Positions 12,206-26,900 of a stretch of 48,359 bases of DNA are shown here, piece by piece. The stretch covers positions 11,872,170 through 11,920,528 of the forward strand of contig NC_069008.1 of assembly GCF_001194135.2 (NCBI RefSeq), in the 5' to 3' direction. The position numbers were made by a program, and so were the translations under genes. Position 1 is the first letter of the stretch; each line of letters starts with the position of its first letter. This DNA is from Octopus bimaculoides (Eukaryota). The notes beneath the pieces were generated by a model. It was not told the DNA's origin. It ran no database searches and saw nothing but the letters and a program-made list of their open reading frames with translations.

Positions 12206-15200
12206 ATTATTATTATTATTAAGGTGGTGAGCTGGCAGAATCGTTAGCATGCTGGGCAAAATGTTTAGCAGTACTTCATTTGTCTTCATGTTCTAAGTTC
12301 GAATTTTACCAAGGTCAACTTTGCTTTCATCCTTTTGGGGTCGATTAAATAAGTACCATCTCAGTACCGGGGTCGATGTAATCCACTTAACCCCTTCCTC
12401 AAATTTCAGGCCTTGTACCTAGAAAGGATTATTATTATTAAGGTGGTGAGCTGGCAAAATCATTAGCACACCAAGAAAAATGCTTTGCAGTATTTCACCT
12501 GTTGCAACGTTCTCAGTTCAAATTCCACCGAGGTTGACTTTGCCTTTCATCCTTTTGAGGGTCAGTAAAAATAAGTACCAGATGAAAATTGGAGTCGATG
12601 TAATCGACTTAGCCTCTCGCCCAAAACTGCTGCCCTTGTGGCAAAATATGAAACCATTATTATTTTTTTTTTTTTTGGTATAAAGCTGTTGGAATCAATT
12701 GGGTGTCGGAAAGATATGCCTTGCAGTATTTGTTTCAGTTCTTTAAGTTTTGAGTTCAAATCCTACTAAGATCAATGTTGTCTTTCCTTACTCCCATCAT
12801 TAACTAGTGGACATTAATGTCTCTAATCCTGGGGCCCATTGAGCTGCAGCCCAGTTTTCATGGCATATAAGTGACTGAGATCACAATATCCTCCCTGAAC
12901 GAGACACCTGTCTGTGTCACAGCTGATTGGAGTGAGGCATCGTGAAATGATGTGTTTTGCTCCAGAACACAACGCCCCACCATGTCCAGGAATCAAAACC
13001 ACAATCTAACATTTATGGGCACAACACCCTAACCACTATGCCAGGCAGCTTCATTTTCATCATTTCGGGGTTAATAATACAAAGTAGTAATCAAGCCTTG
13101 GAGATCGATGGTATCAACTAACTCAAACCCCTCAAAACTATTCACCTCCTGGCCAAATCAGAAAGTATTATATTATTACACTTGGGAACACAGAATTTCA
13201 TGCCTGAGATATTAGACCCTATTTTTAGGTAAATTTTGGTCGTTGGCTCTAAATATGTCATCAGTTTTTTTCCATTGATTCTAGTTAATGAAATATGTTA
13301 TACCCCTAATTGCTATGCATACAGCCAATAGGGTACAAGAACTAATGACTACAAAACATTATTGTTGCCTTTTGCCTTTTGAATTGAGAAAATACAAGAA
13401 AACTATGTTTATTTATGATTAAATTACATTCATAGAACCTGATAATAATGAAACAAGCGTAGAAAGTTATCATTGATACAATGTTGATTTACTCAGATGT
13501 CTCACAAAAGCACAGTTCTTAAGATTTTCTTGATGAAGTGTCCTGGTACAAGTGCGTTGAATCGTCCACCATCATATGAGTATCCCAGTGTTCCTGTGAT
13601 CTTTCTGCCATAGTTCTTAAATTTTGGTGGAACCATTCACTCTGTTCATTTAGGTCACCAAGATTGTCTGAGAAATGATCCAAGTTGCTGAGGAGGGGAA
13701 GCTCATATTACAGCCCCAAGTTGATGGAAAGAGAGAATGTTCTGCACTTGTTCAGGGTAGTTATCTGCTTCATGCCTCCAGAAAAATCTCTTACAACCAG
13801 AATGAATGAAAACTATGCATCTGCCTCAATATTGTTCATTGACTCTTGGAAATGTGGATCTTTCATGAGTACCCTTATTAGTGGCCTGACGAAAATACCT
13901 ACCTTCAGTTTTCCAGTTGGAATATTCTGCTTGTGTAGTCAAAACAGGTTCATTCTTTATTCAAAGCCTTCACATACTGTTTCATTAAACCTAGTTTGAT
14001 ATGCAATGATGGTAAAATGGTCTTATCTTTGTCAACCAAGGGCTCTGCAATCACAGACTTTTCTCTATCGACTGTTTTCACTTAAAGGTCATTGTTTTCT
14101 TGCTCACTGCTCATCCCGAGATCTACTATCCCGGAGACTAGTAAAGCAGAGATACTGGGTGCATCCACTCTTTTGACCCTGGTGAACATTCACCATCAGC
14201 CATCTGTGATAGTGGTATTATATCTTTAGTAAGACCAGGGTGATTATTTCCTGCTCCCCAGTTGTCTTAGATAAGTGGTCAATTAGGATTGATCCATATT
14301 TATTGCTATTGTGTAGAAACCCATATTTTAAGCTCTGCTCAGAAATGTCTATGAATAACTGCCATTGGTACATGCTTTTCATCAACAAACCTTGAATATC
14401 GAAGTAAAAATAATCCAAATTATTTTCCTCCGAGAAGAAGGGCATTAAATCCATTTCTTTATTGTGATACTACGTGATATTGGAACTGGTTGCAGTAAAT
14501 TCTTTTCTGTTAGCCTGGACAGCAACAATCCTGTTGATTTCTTCAAGGCATTTAGTTCTCTAATGTGGCTATTAAGCTCTGACTGACAAAAACCTCCTGC
14601 CAAGTTCCTTCATATCTGTTCCACTTTTTCCCACAAGAACTGTCTACAGCAGAATTAAAGGATTCATCTTCTTCAAGGAGCTCTTCCAGATGAGTGAATG
14701 ATGGGACACTTACTTTATCAGAGTGTACAACAGGTTGTTCTGCAGAGTCTAGGTCAGGATACGTCCATTTCTTCTAATTATGTCCATTAATAAACTTTAT
14801 GTTAAGCAAACAGAAGTAACAGCCATCACTGTAGTTTCTCTGTTCTCTCCAGAATATTGGTATGCCAAATTTTCAGACATTTTCTCTTGCCAGTAGTCCC
14901 CTGCTGCAGTTACTCACAACTTTTTCAAACAATGTGTGAAGCCCATGTTTTGACTTGGTCTCCCAGAATTAGAAATGAATTTTCTCCACTCCTTACATGT
15001 GTATTATTCACAGATATAGCAGAAAGAATCTGGATGGTTCAAAAGCTTTCTTTGTGAGGAAGTCATATCAAGACGTCATGAAAATGACAGAGGTAGATTT
15101 AGTTGATAGACTTGTGTAATACCAATATTCAAATTACTAACTATTAAAATTTTACATAGTGTTTCCACATGTGACAGAAATGTTTTCAGTGAAAAACAAA

Positions 15201-18200
15201 ATTACTATTACACAGCAGTTAAATGACAATCCTGTTTACTTTTGGCATTAACAGGGAACACAGCCTGTGACATGCTCGTGAGAAATATTAGAGCTGCTAG
15301 AAACAAATGAAAGTCATATTCTTATTCAATAGCGTGAACTCAAAATTACAATCTGAAGTATGAAAAGAAATGTTTAAAATTTACTTCATGTTGTTATTAA
15401 TATTTTCTGTATTTCAGTTGAGGATTGGATGAAAGTCTATGCCATATCAAGAGGCACTGGTTCAGATGTCCGTAACTCTTTTCTCGGTTATGGAACTCCT
15501 TCATCATGGAACGTAGACAAATGTAAAGATAACATTTGTCCTAACTTCTTCCGGCATCCCCTCTTAGACACCTGGGATTCTTTACAAATTGATGAGGTAT
15601 GTACAAACACACACACACACATACACACACAATACTTCAACACACTTGCATTCACGTTTTTTTTTTTTTTGCATGTTTCAGTCACTGAAAATAATAATAA
15701 TCCTTTCTACTAAAGGCACAAGGCCTGAAATCTTGGGGGAGAGGACTAGTCAATTTCATCAATTCCAGTATTTCATTGGTACTTAATTTATAGACCCTGA
15801 AAAAGATGAAAAGCAAAGTCAACTTTGGCAGAATTTGAACTCAGATTGTAGCGACAGGCAAAATACTGCTAAGCACTTCATTCAGCATGGTAACAATTCT
15901 GCTGGCTCTCTGCCTTACTGAAAATAATGATAAGAAAAGAAATTACAATGAAGGTGCATGGCTCTGTGGTGAGNNNNNNNNNNNNNNNNNNNNNNNNNNN
16001 NNNNNNNNNNNNNNNNNNNNNNNNNNNNNNNNNNNNNNNNNNNNNNNNNNNNNNNNNNNNNNNNNNNGTAGGAATGAGTTGTGACATCACTGGTGCCAAG
16101 CTGTATCAGCTTCTGCCTTTCCTTTGGATAACATCGGTAGCATGGAGAGGGGAGGCTAGTATGAGTAGGTGACTGTTGACCTTCCATAAAGAACATTGCC
16201 CTGACTTGTGCCTTGGAAGGAAACTTTCTTGGTGCAATCCCATGGTCATTCATGACCGAAGCGGGGTCTTTACTGAGCTGGGTCCATGCTGGGGTACCAA
16301 CTTGAAGGGTTTTAGTTGAGAAAATTGATTACACTACTTACTTTTTTTTTTTTTAAACTGGTACTTATTTTATCAAACATGCATGTAAACAAAGCAATAC
16401 CAGTTGTCAAGTGGTGCTTGACACACACAAACACAAAGGTAGCAAAAACACACATATATAATTATATGTGAAGGAATTTCATGCAGTTTCTCTAGACAAA
16501 TTCACTCACAAGGCATTGGTAAACCTGGAGTTATTGTAGAAGCCACTTGCCCAAGATTCCCGGCAGCAAAACTGAACATGAACCCATGTAGCTGAATTTC
16601 TAAACCATACATTTATGCTTGTGCCTTTAGTTGAAAATTTTTTATCCCCCCAATACACTGTGTAATCTAAAAGTATGGAACATACATACTGAAATGTGGA
16701 ACATACAGAACTGAAATTTTAGTATTATAAATATTGCCTTGATATCATATGGATTGATTTCCCCGTTAACCGACCACTTGGATATGTAATCTTAGATTTC
16801 CAAATAATGTCTTCTAATGAGGTCGACCAAAGTTGTAATGCTGTATTCACATGCGATGGGAAACTGGACAGTGTATTCTGTCAATGCCAGTGGTCCTTAA
16901 GGCTCTATTCTTGGACCAACTCTATTGTTCCTCTACATCAACAAATTTCTTGCCAATATAAATCAATTCATCAATGCTCATGTTGATGTTCCTGCTCTTT
17001 ATTCTAGTTTTTCTAGCAATCCCTCTAAGAAATGGGACAAAAAGTGACTAGTAACTTTCAGCTCTAGCAAGACCAAATTCCTGTCTTTCAGTAGGAATAG
17101 GAAGCTGGATCCCTATCTTCCTCCCATTTACATAGGTTACAGGCCAAAGGTAAGACAGTCAAACCACTTGAGGAAAGGTCTTCTTTGAAACTGTTTGGTC
17201 TTACTTTCTCATCTGACATTCTTATGGTTCTTAAATATAATCAGTTGGCAGGTATGCTTCCAGTCAACCGTCAGGAGATCTAGGGGTAGACCAGGAATGA
17301 GAGAGTGGGATAATATCCATAGTTTCAGTTGGTCTCACATAAGAATCCAGCAGGAAAGTGTGTTGACGATTGTTTCTGATCGGACCCTATTGAGCAGGTG
17401 CCTAAGGAAACAATTACAATCGTACAAATGGTGTGTGGTGAAAATGAACAGATGGCTGGAAAATTGTGATGCCTGTTCACAGTAGTGAGTAGCAGGGCTA
17501 TAGCATTTACAATAAACAAGGCATTTGATTCTCGAAGGCAATATCACAAAATTTCTCTTTCTTCTTCTGTATTATATATGAATATTATATTTTCAGGTGA
17601 AACTGGTATTATACAAAAATCAAACACCTGTCCTAAATATGGTCTTTAATGGACGAAATACAACAAGAAAAAACTGGTTTTCTTTTGAAAACCTGAAAAG
17701 TTCCCCATGGAATGACTTGAATCAAGGCATGGCCGAAGTATTCTCAATTAATGGAAATCAGTATGCTAATTTTATCACTTTATGTTATTTAATTGTGTTT
17801 CTTTATGTTCTGTGATCAAATGCCCCAGCTGTTAACTTTGGTTTTCATCCATCGGATACCAATATATAAAGTATCTCTCAACTCCTTTATTTAACCAAAT
17901 AAACTTTATGTTTTTGTTGTCCAAAACACCATATCATATTCAGAAATCATTTTTAATTATGGATTGTGGTACTATGCTCAAGTTCAACTTTGACTTTCAG
18001 CTTTCCATGGACAATATCATAAAGTACCAGTTTCTTCAACTACATGACAGCCACGTGACTTCTTTCAGAAATACAGAAAAAGGAAGTAAAATAAAACAAT
18101 TCAGTTGTTCCTAATGTTTAAAAGGAAAATTCCACTGAATTTTCGTCAAGTAGGTCATCCAGCTCGGGATAGGATGCAGAAGAACTGGGTCAGCATCAGA

Positions 18201-21084
18201 ATGTCAGGCACCACATACATCAAGGTGATCTGCACTAGTCTAACGGAATACAAGTTGGTGACAGGAGCAAAAATGAACCAGCTGGTCTATTTTGAAAGAT
18301 TTTCGAGCCTGCTGCTGCCATCGATAACTTCCAAGCACTTCTGACTGGCAGTGCTACCGAGGAGCACTGCCAGTTTGAGATGAACTCAACTGGGTACAAA
18401 AGTGCTGGAAGGTGTGACTGTCCAAGATATGCACAGAGTGACAAAACCATTCCGCATGCACTCGTGCACTGTCAGAGTATTACTAACTTGTGAAAATATG
18501 CTGAACAGCTGTTATCACGAGTGGTTCAAATCCATCTATCAGCCAAATCCATCATGAGGATCACCTCAGCCCTCACCTTTATCAAGGTAGGGCAGGCAGT
18601 GTTCCTCTGTCTAGTAGCTTTGGCGAAAGAGGTTGTGTGATGGATGAGGCTGAAATGATTCAGGAAAGACACCTTCGTCTTCGGTCAAGCTCTCATCATT
18701 TATGTTATCACTTTGTATATATAGTATACTTATGTAAACTCCATCACAAATTGTATTCTGTCCTTATGATGCCCCCCTTATCTATGCCCTTGTGGCTAAT
18801 AGAAAAATTATTATTATCATCATCATCATCATCATCGTCATTATTTCGGTTTTGTTCAGGTTCGGTCTTATTCCTGGTAAAATTTATGTGGATAGCGTGT
18901 TACTACTTGTAACCTTAGGCGCCCACAAGCTTCCAACAGTCATTCAAGTGCTTTGGCAGAATCATAAGCACACCAAGCAAAATGCTCGGTGGTATTTCAT
19001 TCATCTTTATGTTCTGACTTTGATTTTGCTTTTCATCCTTTCGGGGTCAATGAAATAAGTATCAGTTGAACACTGGAATCAATGGCATCAACTGTCCCCT
19101 CTCCCAGATTTCAGACCTTGTGCCTATAGTAGAAAGGATTATTATTATTATCTACTTTTAATCTGCATGTTTGTTACAGTCACTTGTCGAGACACACCCA
19201 GTGCCCTGGGGCGAGTGAAGGATAAGAGATGTTACAGTATGACTGAAAGCTTGGGGAGGGGAAGTAGCGAAACATCTTCATGTAATACAACACAGACATT
19301 TAAATTGATAGGGTTTTTCTAAGGATGTGGGCAGTACTTGTCAGCACAATCTTTCGGATTTCTCTGAGACATGGTTCTCCTGGGAACTTATCTAGATGTT
19401 TCTAACATCCCTTTTTGTTATCATACCTAGGTCACCTACAGTAAGAGGGACAGTTCTCGTTTTAAGATGTTACATCTTTTGTATTTCAATTTCCAGGTCC
19501 TTATATTTATTTAATTTGTCAAATTCCTCGACAGATATATTTTTATCAGTGGAAACACTTACATATATTAGTCTACAAATATTTTCTTCCCTACCTTTAA
19601 TAATTATGTCTGGTCGATTAGCCTGGATCATTCTGTCAGTGTTGACAGGAAAATCTCAGAGGATATTGACATTTTTACATTCAACAATTGGCTCAGGATG
19701 ATGTTCATATCAGTAAGCAGGAGTGCTGATTTTCTAGTGTTTACATATTTTCCAATGTAAATACTGTCCTACCCTATCATGGGGATTTTTGCATTTGTTT
19801 GGCGCCAGCAAAGGATATCACGAGATAAGATGGTCTATTGTTTCATCAAATGTGTTACAGAATCTGCATTTAGGGTCTGAACTGTTTTGAAGAACGTTAG
19901 ACTGGTAGTTTCTTGTGAGCAAGCTTTGATCTTGTGCTGTCAATATAAAACCTTCAGTCTCTGTTTTCAGTCTTGAACTTCTCAGCCACTGATGGGTTAT
20001 TTCTTGATCTACATTAACATTTCGACTTCGAAGTATATACTGTCCATGCAGAGACCTCTGGCTCCACTGCTCCTCAATTTGTTTCTGCCCATTCTTTTTT
20101 GCAGTTTGCTCGATCCATTTTGCTTGTTTTGTGGTAGTGGCTTCAGGTTCTTCAAATATTTCAGGATTAATGTCAAGTTCAATTGCGAATTTGCAAGCTT
20201 CCTTGACAATTGAATGTGATTTTTTGCTGCTTTCATGTCTGCACACAAGTGGCAGCATCTAGTCCTCTATACTAGATAAGTACCTGTTCATTGCTATTGT
20301 GGAGGTCTTACAGCACAGTTCTACCTGCATCATTCCTCTCCCCTCATTACTTCTAGGTAGGGACAGATGATCAGCATCTGCTTTTGAGTGGTGCATGTTC
20401 TTAGAAGTTAGTATTTTTCCTGTCTTCCTGTCCAGGCATTAGAGTTCTGTAAGATTCCAGTTAATGATGTTAAAACTATATTGGACTACTGGAAGTGCCA
20501 GGGTGTTAATGGCTTTGATGCGATTTTTAGAGTTCAGTTCAGATTTTAGTATGAGTCTTATTCTCCTGTAATGTTCCTTTCTTATTTTTTTCCTTCATGG
20601 TAGCATGTTGTATACCATTTCCTTCATTTATCTCCAGGTATTGGCAATTTTCTTGTCAGTCGAGCTCCTTGATGGTAGAGTCAGTATCTAATTTAATGGA
20701 AGATGTTTGCCTGAGCTTGCCTCTTACAAAAGTTGCTTTAGCACACTTATCAAGGCCAAAGTCCATCCTGATGTCATTAATGAATTCTTTAACATCTGTT
20801 AGCAACCCTGCTAGCTCTTCATTATTTCTAGCAAACAACTTCAGATTGTGTACATAAAACAAATGGTTTATTGTTGCATTGTAAACTTTGAACCCATACC
20901 TAGTGTTATTTAGTTCGTTTGAGAGTGGGATCAGTGCCATGCAAAAGAGCAAAATGGAAAGAGAGTCACCTTGAAAGATGCCTTGTTTGGTGTTGATGTT
21001 GTTAGTTTGGCTCATCCCATTACTATGGTTTAGAAGGAGATGTGTGTTCCACTTGGCCATGATACCTTGTAAGGATTATGACAA

Positions 21085-21147
<63 letters not shown>

Positions 21148-23904
21148 CATTATTACTACTTCTACTACTATTACTATTATTATTATTATTCAATTGATTT
21201 GCATTTTATTTTATCTTCCAACTGGGTCTCAGCCAGAGACCTTAAGACACGTGTATGTTAGATGGAGAGAAACTTCCAGAGAATGTGGGGCATTGACATC
21301 AACACAATTTTTTTAATCTCGTAGATTGTTGACTTCCCAGGGATCTGATCGAAAATTTGTCAGTACCTTTCTTGATCATTCTCAGGGCACCTACAACAAC
21401 AGGGGTGGTTTTGGTTTTTAATTGTCACGTCTTAGATATCTCAATCTCAAGCTCCTTATATTTCAACAGTTTTTCAAATTTCTTTGCTGAGATGTTTCTC
21501 TCAGTAGGCACAGTCATATCAATTAGCAGGCATGTTTTTTGTCTTAGGTCTTTGATGACGATGTCTGGTCTGTTAGTATTTATTTGTCTGTATGTATGTA
21601 TCCCATAATCCCATAGGATGATAACATTCTCTCTCTCAGTGACTGGCTCTGGATGATGTTCATACAAGTTCTTAAGGTGTGGGATTTCACAGTGACAGCA
21701 TATATTCCAGTGCAAGTATTGGCCAACTTGATCATGCCTGGTTTTATATTCTGTAGAGACAAGGACTGAGCAACCACCAACAACACGGTCTACACCCTCA
21801 AGTTTGTCATTGCAGAGTCTATACTTTGTGTTTACCTCATTGTCTGTGACATTAGCTTGATGATTCCAAATGAGGGGACTCTGATCTTGTGCCGCTAGGA
21901 TAAATCCTTCTTTTTTGGCTTTCAAACCAGCATTCTGTAACCACTGATGAGTTCTTCTCATATCTACATCAGTTTCCCCAGCTCATTTGGGGTATTGCTC
22001 ATGCAATGGTTTTTCTTTCCACAGTCTTGATATTACCTTCAAGCTTTTGTTTTACACCTTTTTGCTGCCTTAGTGGGTGGTGTGTCCTCCTTATCATCAT
22101 CATAATCAGGAAGGTTTAGCTCTCATCTGTATTAATATTCTTCCTTTGAGATTGAGTGCAGTTTCTTACTCTGTACATGTTGCCTTACCAGCTGCGTCAT
22201 CCAGTCGATGTTACTTTTGATGTACACTTGAAGTCCTATCATTGTCATTTTATAGAACATTTCAAGTTGGATTATCCCTCTACCACCTTCCTTTCATGAG
22301 AGATAAAGCCTGTGGACGTCTGATTTTGGGTGGTGCATCTTGTTTAGTGTCAGCAGTTTCCTGCTCTTTATGTCCATATGCTAGAGTTCACTCAGATTCC
22401 AATTAATGACATTAAGGTTATACTGGACAACTGGTACTGCCAAGGAGTTTATAGCTGCGATTCTATTCTGGGAGCTCAGTTCAGTATTCAGGACTATTCT
22501 GACACATCTATAATACTCTTTCATTGATCCATGTTGAATCCCTTTCCCTTCTTGTATCCCAAGATACTTATAAAAGCTTTGTTGGTCCAGGTCTTAGATA
22601 AATGTATCATGATCACTTTGGGTCATGGTATTAGCTGTCAGCTTACTATGTTTGAACGAAGCTTTTGCACACTTATCAAGGCCAAATTCCATATTGATGA
22701 CATCACTGAATTTTTTCAGTTACTAGTAGCCCTTTCAGGTCCTTATCATCTTTTGCATGTAATTTCAGATCATCCTTGTAGAGCAAGTGTGAGATGATCT
22801 TGTCCAATATTTTGTAATGGTAATTTGTACTATCCAGCATGTAGGACAAGGGAATTAGGGAAAAACAGAAGAGAGGGGAGGGTGAATTGGCCTTGAATAT
22901 TCTGTCACATATGAGCCTTTCTCATGGTTGAGAAACAATTTTGTGTTCCACAGTGCCATACTGTGCTGTAGAAAACATATTGCGAAAGGAGTGATCATGT
23001 ATATATTTAATGCCTTTAAGATTCAGCTTCTGCCGAGGTCGATTATGCTTATCATTCTTTCAGGCTCAATGAAGTAAGTACCAATCATGTACTGGGGTCA
23101 GTGTAGTAGACTTAGCCCTCTCCCACAAAATTTCAAGTCTTGTGCCAAAAGCAGAAAGGATTATGGTAATTGTTCAGTTTAGGGATATCAAAAAAGTAAA
23201 TAAAATCCAAGGGGGAGATAACTAGTAAAAAGACATAAGTCAACTTAAATACCGTAGTATGGTGACATGGCAAATTATAATTTTCGCATGTGTATAGATT
23301 CATAATTAGTCGATGCCATGCCAACCACTGAAGAATCTTGTCTCATGATTCAGCTAATTGGGTGATATTCCAAGATTCCTCCACATGCCATTCTGATCAA
23401 TTCCAAAGGAGCACAAATGTAATTTCAATCAAGAACAAAATAAGAATTTTTAACACTAACGTAAATGCGGTGTTATTGTGTGGGGCTGAGACATGGCAAA
23501 CAACAGTTAAGTCAAATAAGCAAATACAATCATTCATCAACAGGTGCTTGCATAGTATACTTAGAATTAGATGGCCCGAACACATAAGCAATATGGAGCT
23601 ATGGCAAAGAACAAATCAAGTTTCGATTAGGGAGCAAATATTTAAGAAAAAGTGGAAGTGGATTGGTAGCACAATTAGAAAGGACACACCAAATGTAGTG
23701 AAAAGTGCTTTACAGTGGAATCCGGATGGATATAGAAAGAGGGGTCGGCCTAAGAACTCGTAGCGTAGATCAACACAAAAGGAACTAGAGAAAGGGGGAC
23801 ATTCATGGCAGAGTATAAGTACAGAAGCCAAAAATTATGAAACATGGAATTCAGTTATAAGTAGCCTATACTCTGTGTTGGAGGGTTAAAGGCAAAAAAA
23901 AAAA

Positions 23905-23935
<31 letters not shown>

Positions 23936-26900
23936 CTATATTAATATTATTATCATCATGGCCATCAGCCTGGCAAGCCACACTTTTTATAAAGAAAAAA
24001 CACAAAATAGTTTTATTTACACTCTTCAATTTATATCAGCATGGAGAACAAGTTATTTGCTGTTGAGTGGTGAGTTTATTTTCCTGTTTTGTCCCCCAAT
24101 TTTGAGGGATAGGTCAATTGTTTTGGGTTTTTTTAAGCAAAGTTGTGTGCATTTTCCCCACCAACATGAAGAAAACACAAAACACGGAGATGCTTATATG
24201 TGTGAGAGAGGGAAAAAGTGAGGTGCGTCACCAAATGTCAATGAGAGTGAGAGTGCATGTGTGTGAAGTGACTTTGGTCTGAGAAAAAAACAGACTAGAG
24301 TTGTATTTTTGTCAGAAAAAAGGACAAAAAATGACAAGGGAGCCAATTTTTTCAAGAAGGATCACTTGGAAGATCTTTTGAAAAGCAAGGGCTCTGTTTT
24401 CAACAACATTATTCGAAGTGAAAGCATTAATTTCAAAAATGTAAGCGGTGAAAGCCCTTCCGTGAGTGAGGCAATGGATGAGTTAACTACATATAACAAC
24501 AACAGCAAGAACAACAACATCAGCAGCACTATCAACAACCACAATAACAAAGGTGACAACAGCAACAACAAAACCAACAACGGCAGCAACAACAGCAATG
24601 ACAAAGACTACAAAAGATCTGAGACACAAACTGGTAGAACGGCTTGGAACAGCTCTTCAAAACCTCCTTTGGCTGGAGCAGCCAAGTCATCTCATCAGAG
24701 AATACGATTCTCCAAAAAGGAACTTAAATATGCTAGACAGCTAGTCGAGAGGGAGAGAATAGCTGTAAAGTTAAATACCCCACCTGAGACAATCCAGGAT
24801 ACAATACATCGCACAGTGACGTACTTCACAATTGGGTTAAAGTCAAGGAGGGTGGAAAGAGCCACAGAGGCTCAAATACAACAAGCTTTAGATTCCATCT
24901 GGAATCTAAAGGAATATATACAGAGAGGAAGGGCTTATGGAATGGTGGATGTTTGATTCCACACCGAGGAAGAACCCAAACATCACTCTCTGAATCCCCT
25001 CAAAAGCAAAGAGCTGTCGCTAGTTCTTTACTACTGTGGTCAGGGACTGCCAAAATTATAATTCAGTAGATGCTGCCAGAAATAGCCTTTCCTTAGCTAA
25101 TTGCAACAGTGATGATAGACATTGAGAAAAACTTGAAAATCTTCGAAGCCTATCAGACAAAAAAGGAGAACCAGTCTGAGATAACCATAGAACTCATACA
25201 AACAACACAAAAGAATGTGGATCTCATCCCAGACCAGATCCTTCTTCCTGGGGGCAGCATAATTCCAGTCAGGGTAGATGGAAAAATAGCAAAGTGCCAC
25301 TTTGCTTTTCACCTAAGTATTTAAAAGCTGATTGCCCTAAACAAAACGAAAACAAGAGACGGGCACCTCTCCTCTCTACACCAACAATAGCCACCAGAAC
25401 TCCAGCAACAACAGCAGATTCAGCTGTAGTACCACTAACACCAACAAGCATACCAACACCGAGTTCACCCAAACACTTCTCAGCACCCAAAGATGTTCCA
25501 CTTCCCAATGCAGAGCAGGAGGACATCACAGCTGGAGAGACAGACTGCGATGAGGACTGGCAGTTAAAAACGATAAAATGTAAAAGAGACAGAAGGAGAA
25601 ATAAACAAATGGACAAACAACAACAACAACAATCCTCATCCACACAAAAAGTGGAAAGGAAAAAAAATCAAAACAACAAAACAAAATATGCCCAAAATGA
25701 ACACTACATTAACACCACCACCTGTGACACCTAAAAGACAAGCCATTCCACACATACAACCACAAAAACAATCATAACCACAACAACAACAACATCAAAC
25801 ATAAAGACAGCAACATTATGAACCACATGGCAATAAACTCAAAACAACGATGAATCAATGAAATATATAACAGACACAGTGGAGCCACAGTGGCCCAGTG
25901 GTTAGGGCAGCGGACTCGCGCTCATAGGATCGCGGTTTCGATTCCCAGACCGGGCGTTGTGAGTGTTTATTGAGCGAAACACCTAAAAAGCTCCACGAGG
26001 CTCCAGCAGGGGATGGTGGCGAACCCTGCTGTACTCTTTCACCACAACTTTCTTTCGCTCTTACTTCCTGTTTCTGTTGTGCCTGTAATTCAAAGGGTCA
26101 GCCTTGTCACACTGTGTCACGCTGAATATCCCCGAGAACTACGTTAAGGGTACACATGCCTGTGGAGTGCTTAGCCACTTCCACGTTAATTTCACGAGTA
26201 GGCTGTTCGGTTGATCGGATCAACTGGAACCCTCGACGTCGTAAGCGACGGAGTGCCAACAACAATAACAGGCACAATCATCACACCAAAAGATTTTGTC
26301 ACACCCACATTCTTCCTACCTGCACATATACAAATCATTCAAACAACACAAAACATATATGCATACTTAAATACCCAAACCCCACAGGAAATTGGAGATT
26401 TTTGAGGGAATATCACCAAAAGAAGTCTTGGAGATTTGCTGTTTGAAACACCCCCAAGACAATAGGAGGGACGAGCAATCCTACCCTCCAAACAAAACCA
26501 AATAAGTCTGCTTGAATGTATATGGCCTGGGGTCATCTTGTAAGCAGGGTCACCTGCTCAATGACCTCAGGGAACTGATGGAAAAAGCACCTGCCCCAAA
26601 AGTCAGGGCACCCATGGTTTTTATGGGATTTTTCCATGAGCAGCCCTTAAACGTCTCCTTCCTATTGAGGATTACACATTGTTGATCTCGTTTTGTAACT
26701 TTAGTCTTATTTACACACAAAACCCTCACAACTACACACACTCACACACATACATTTTTTTTTTGTTTTGTCCTCTGCTGTCCATAATGTTTTTCTTCAA
26801 TGTAAACCCTTATAGTTAATATGCGTGCAGTTTCAAGTAAAGATGATTTTTGCAATACTCTATAATTATTATTATTATTATTAATCTGTCAATAAAAACC

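Noticed and set aside
18100-18700. GC-richer segment with short ORFs in intron 3
   Set aside because: No recognisable motifs or compatible splice phases; probably old transposon debris.
25881-25955. tRNA-like sequences here and at 6125-6198, 36852-36925 and 42726-42778
   Set aside because: SINE heads with A/B boxes attached to repeat bodies and TSDs; no complete cloverleaf.
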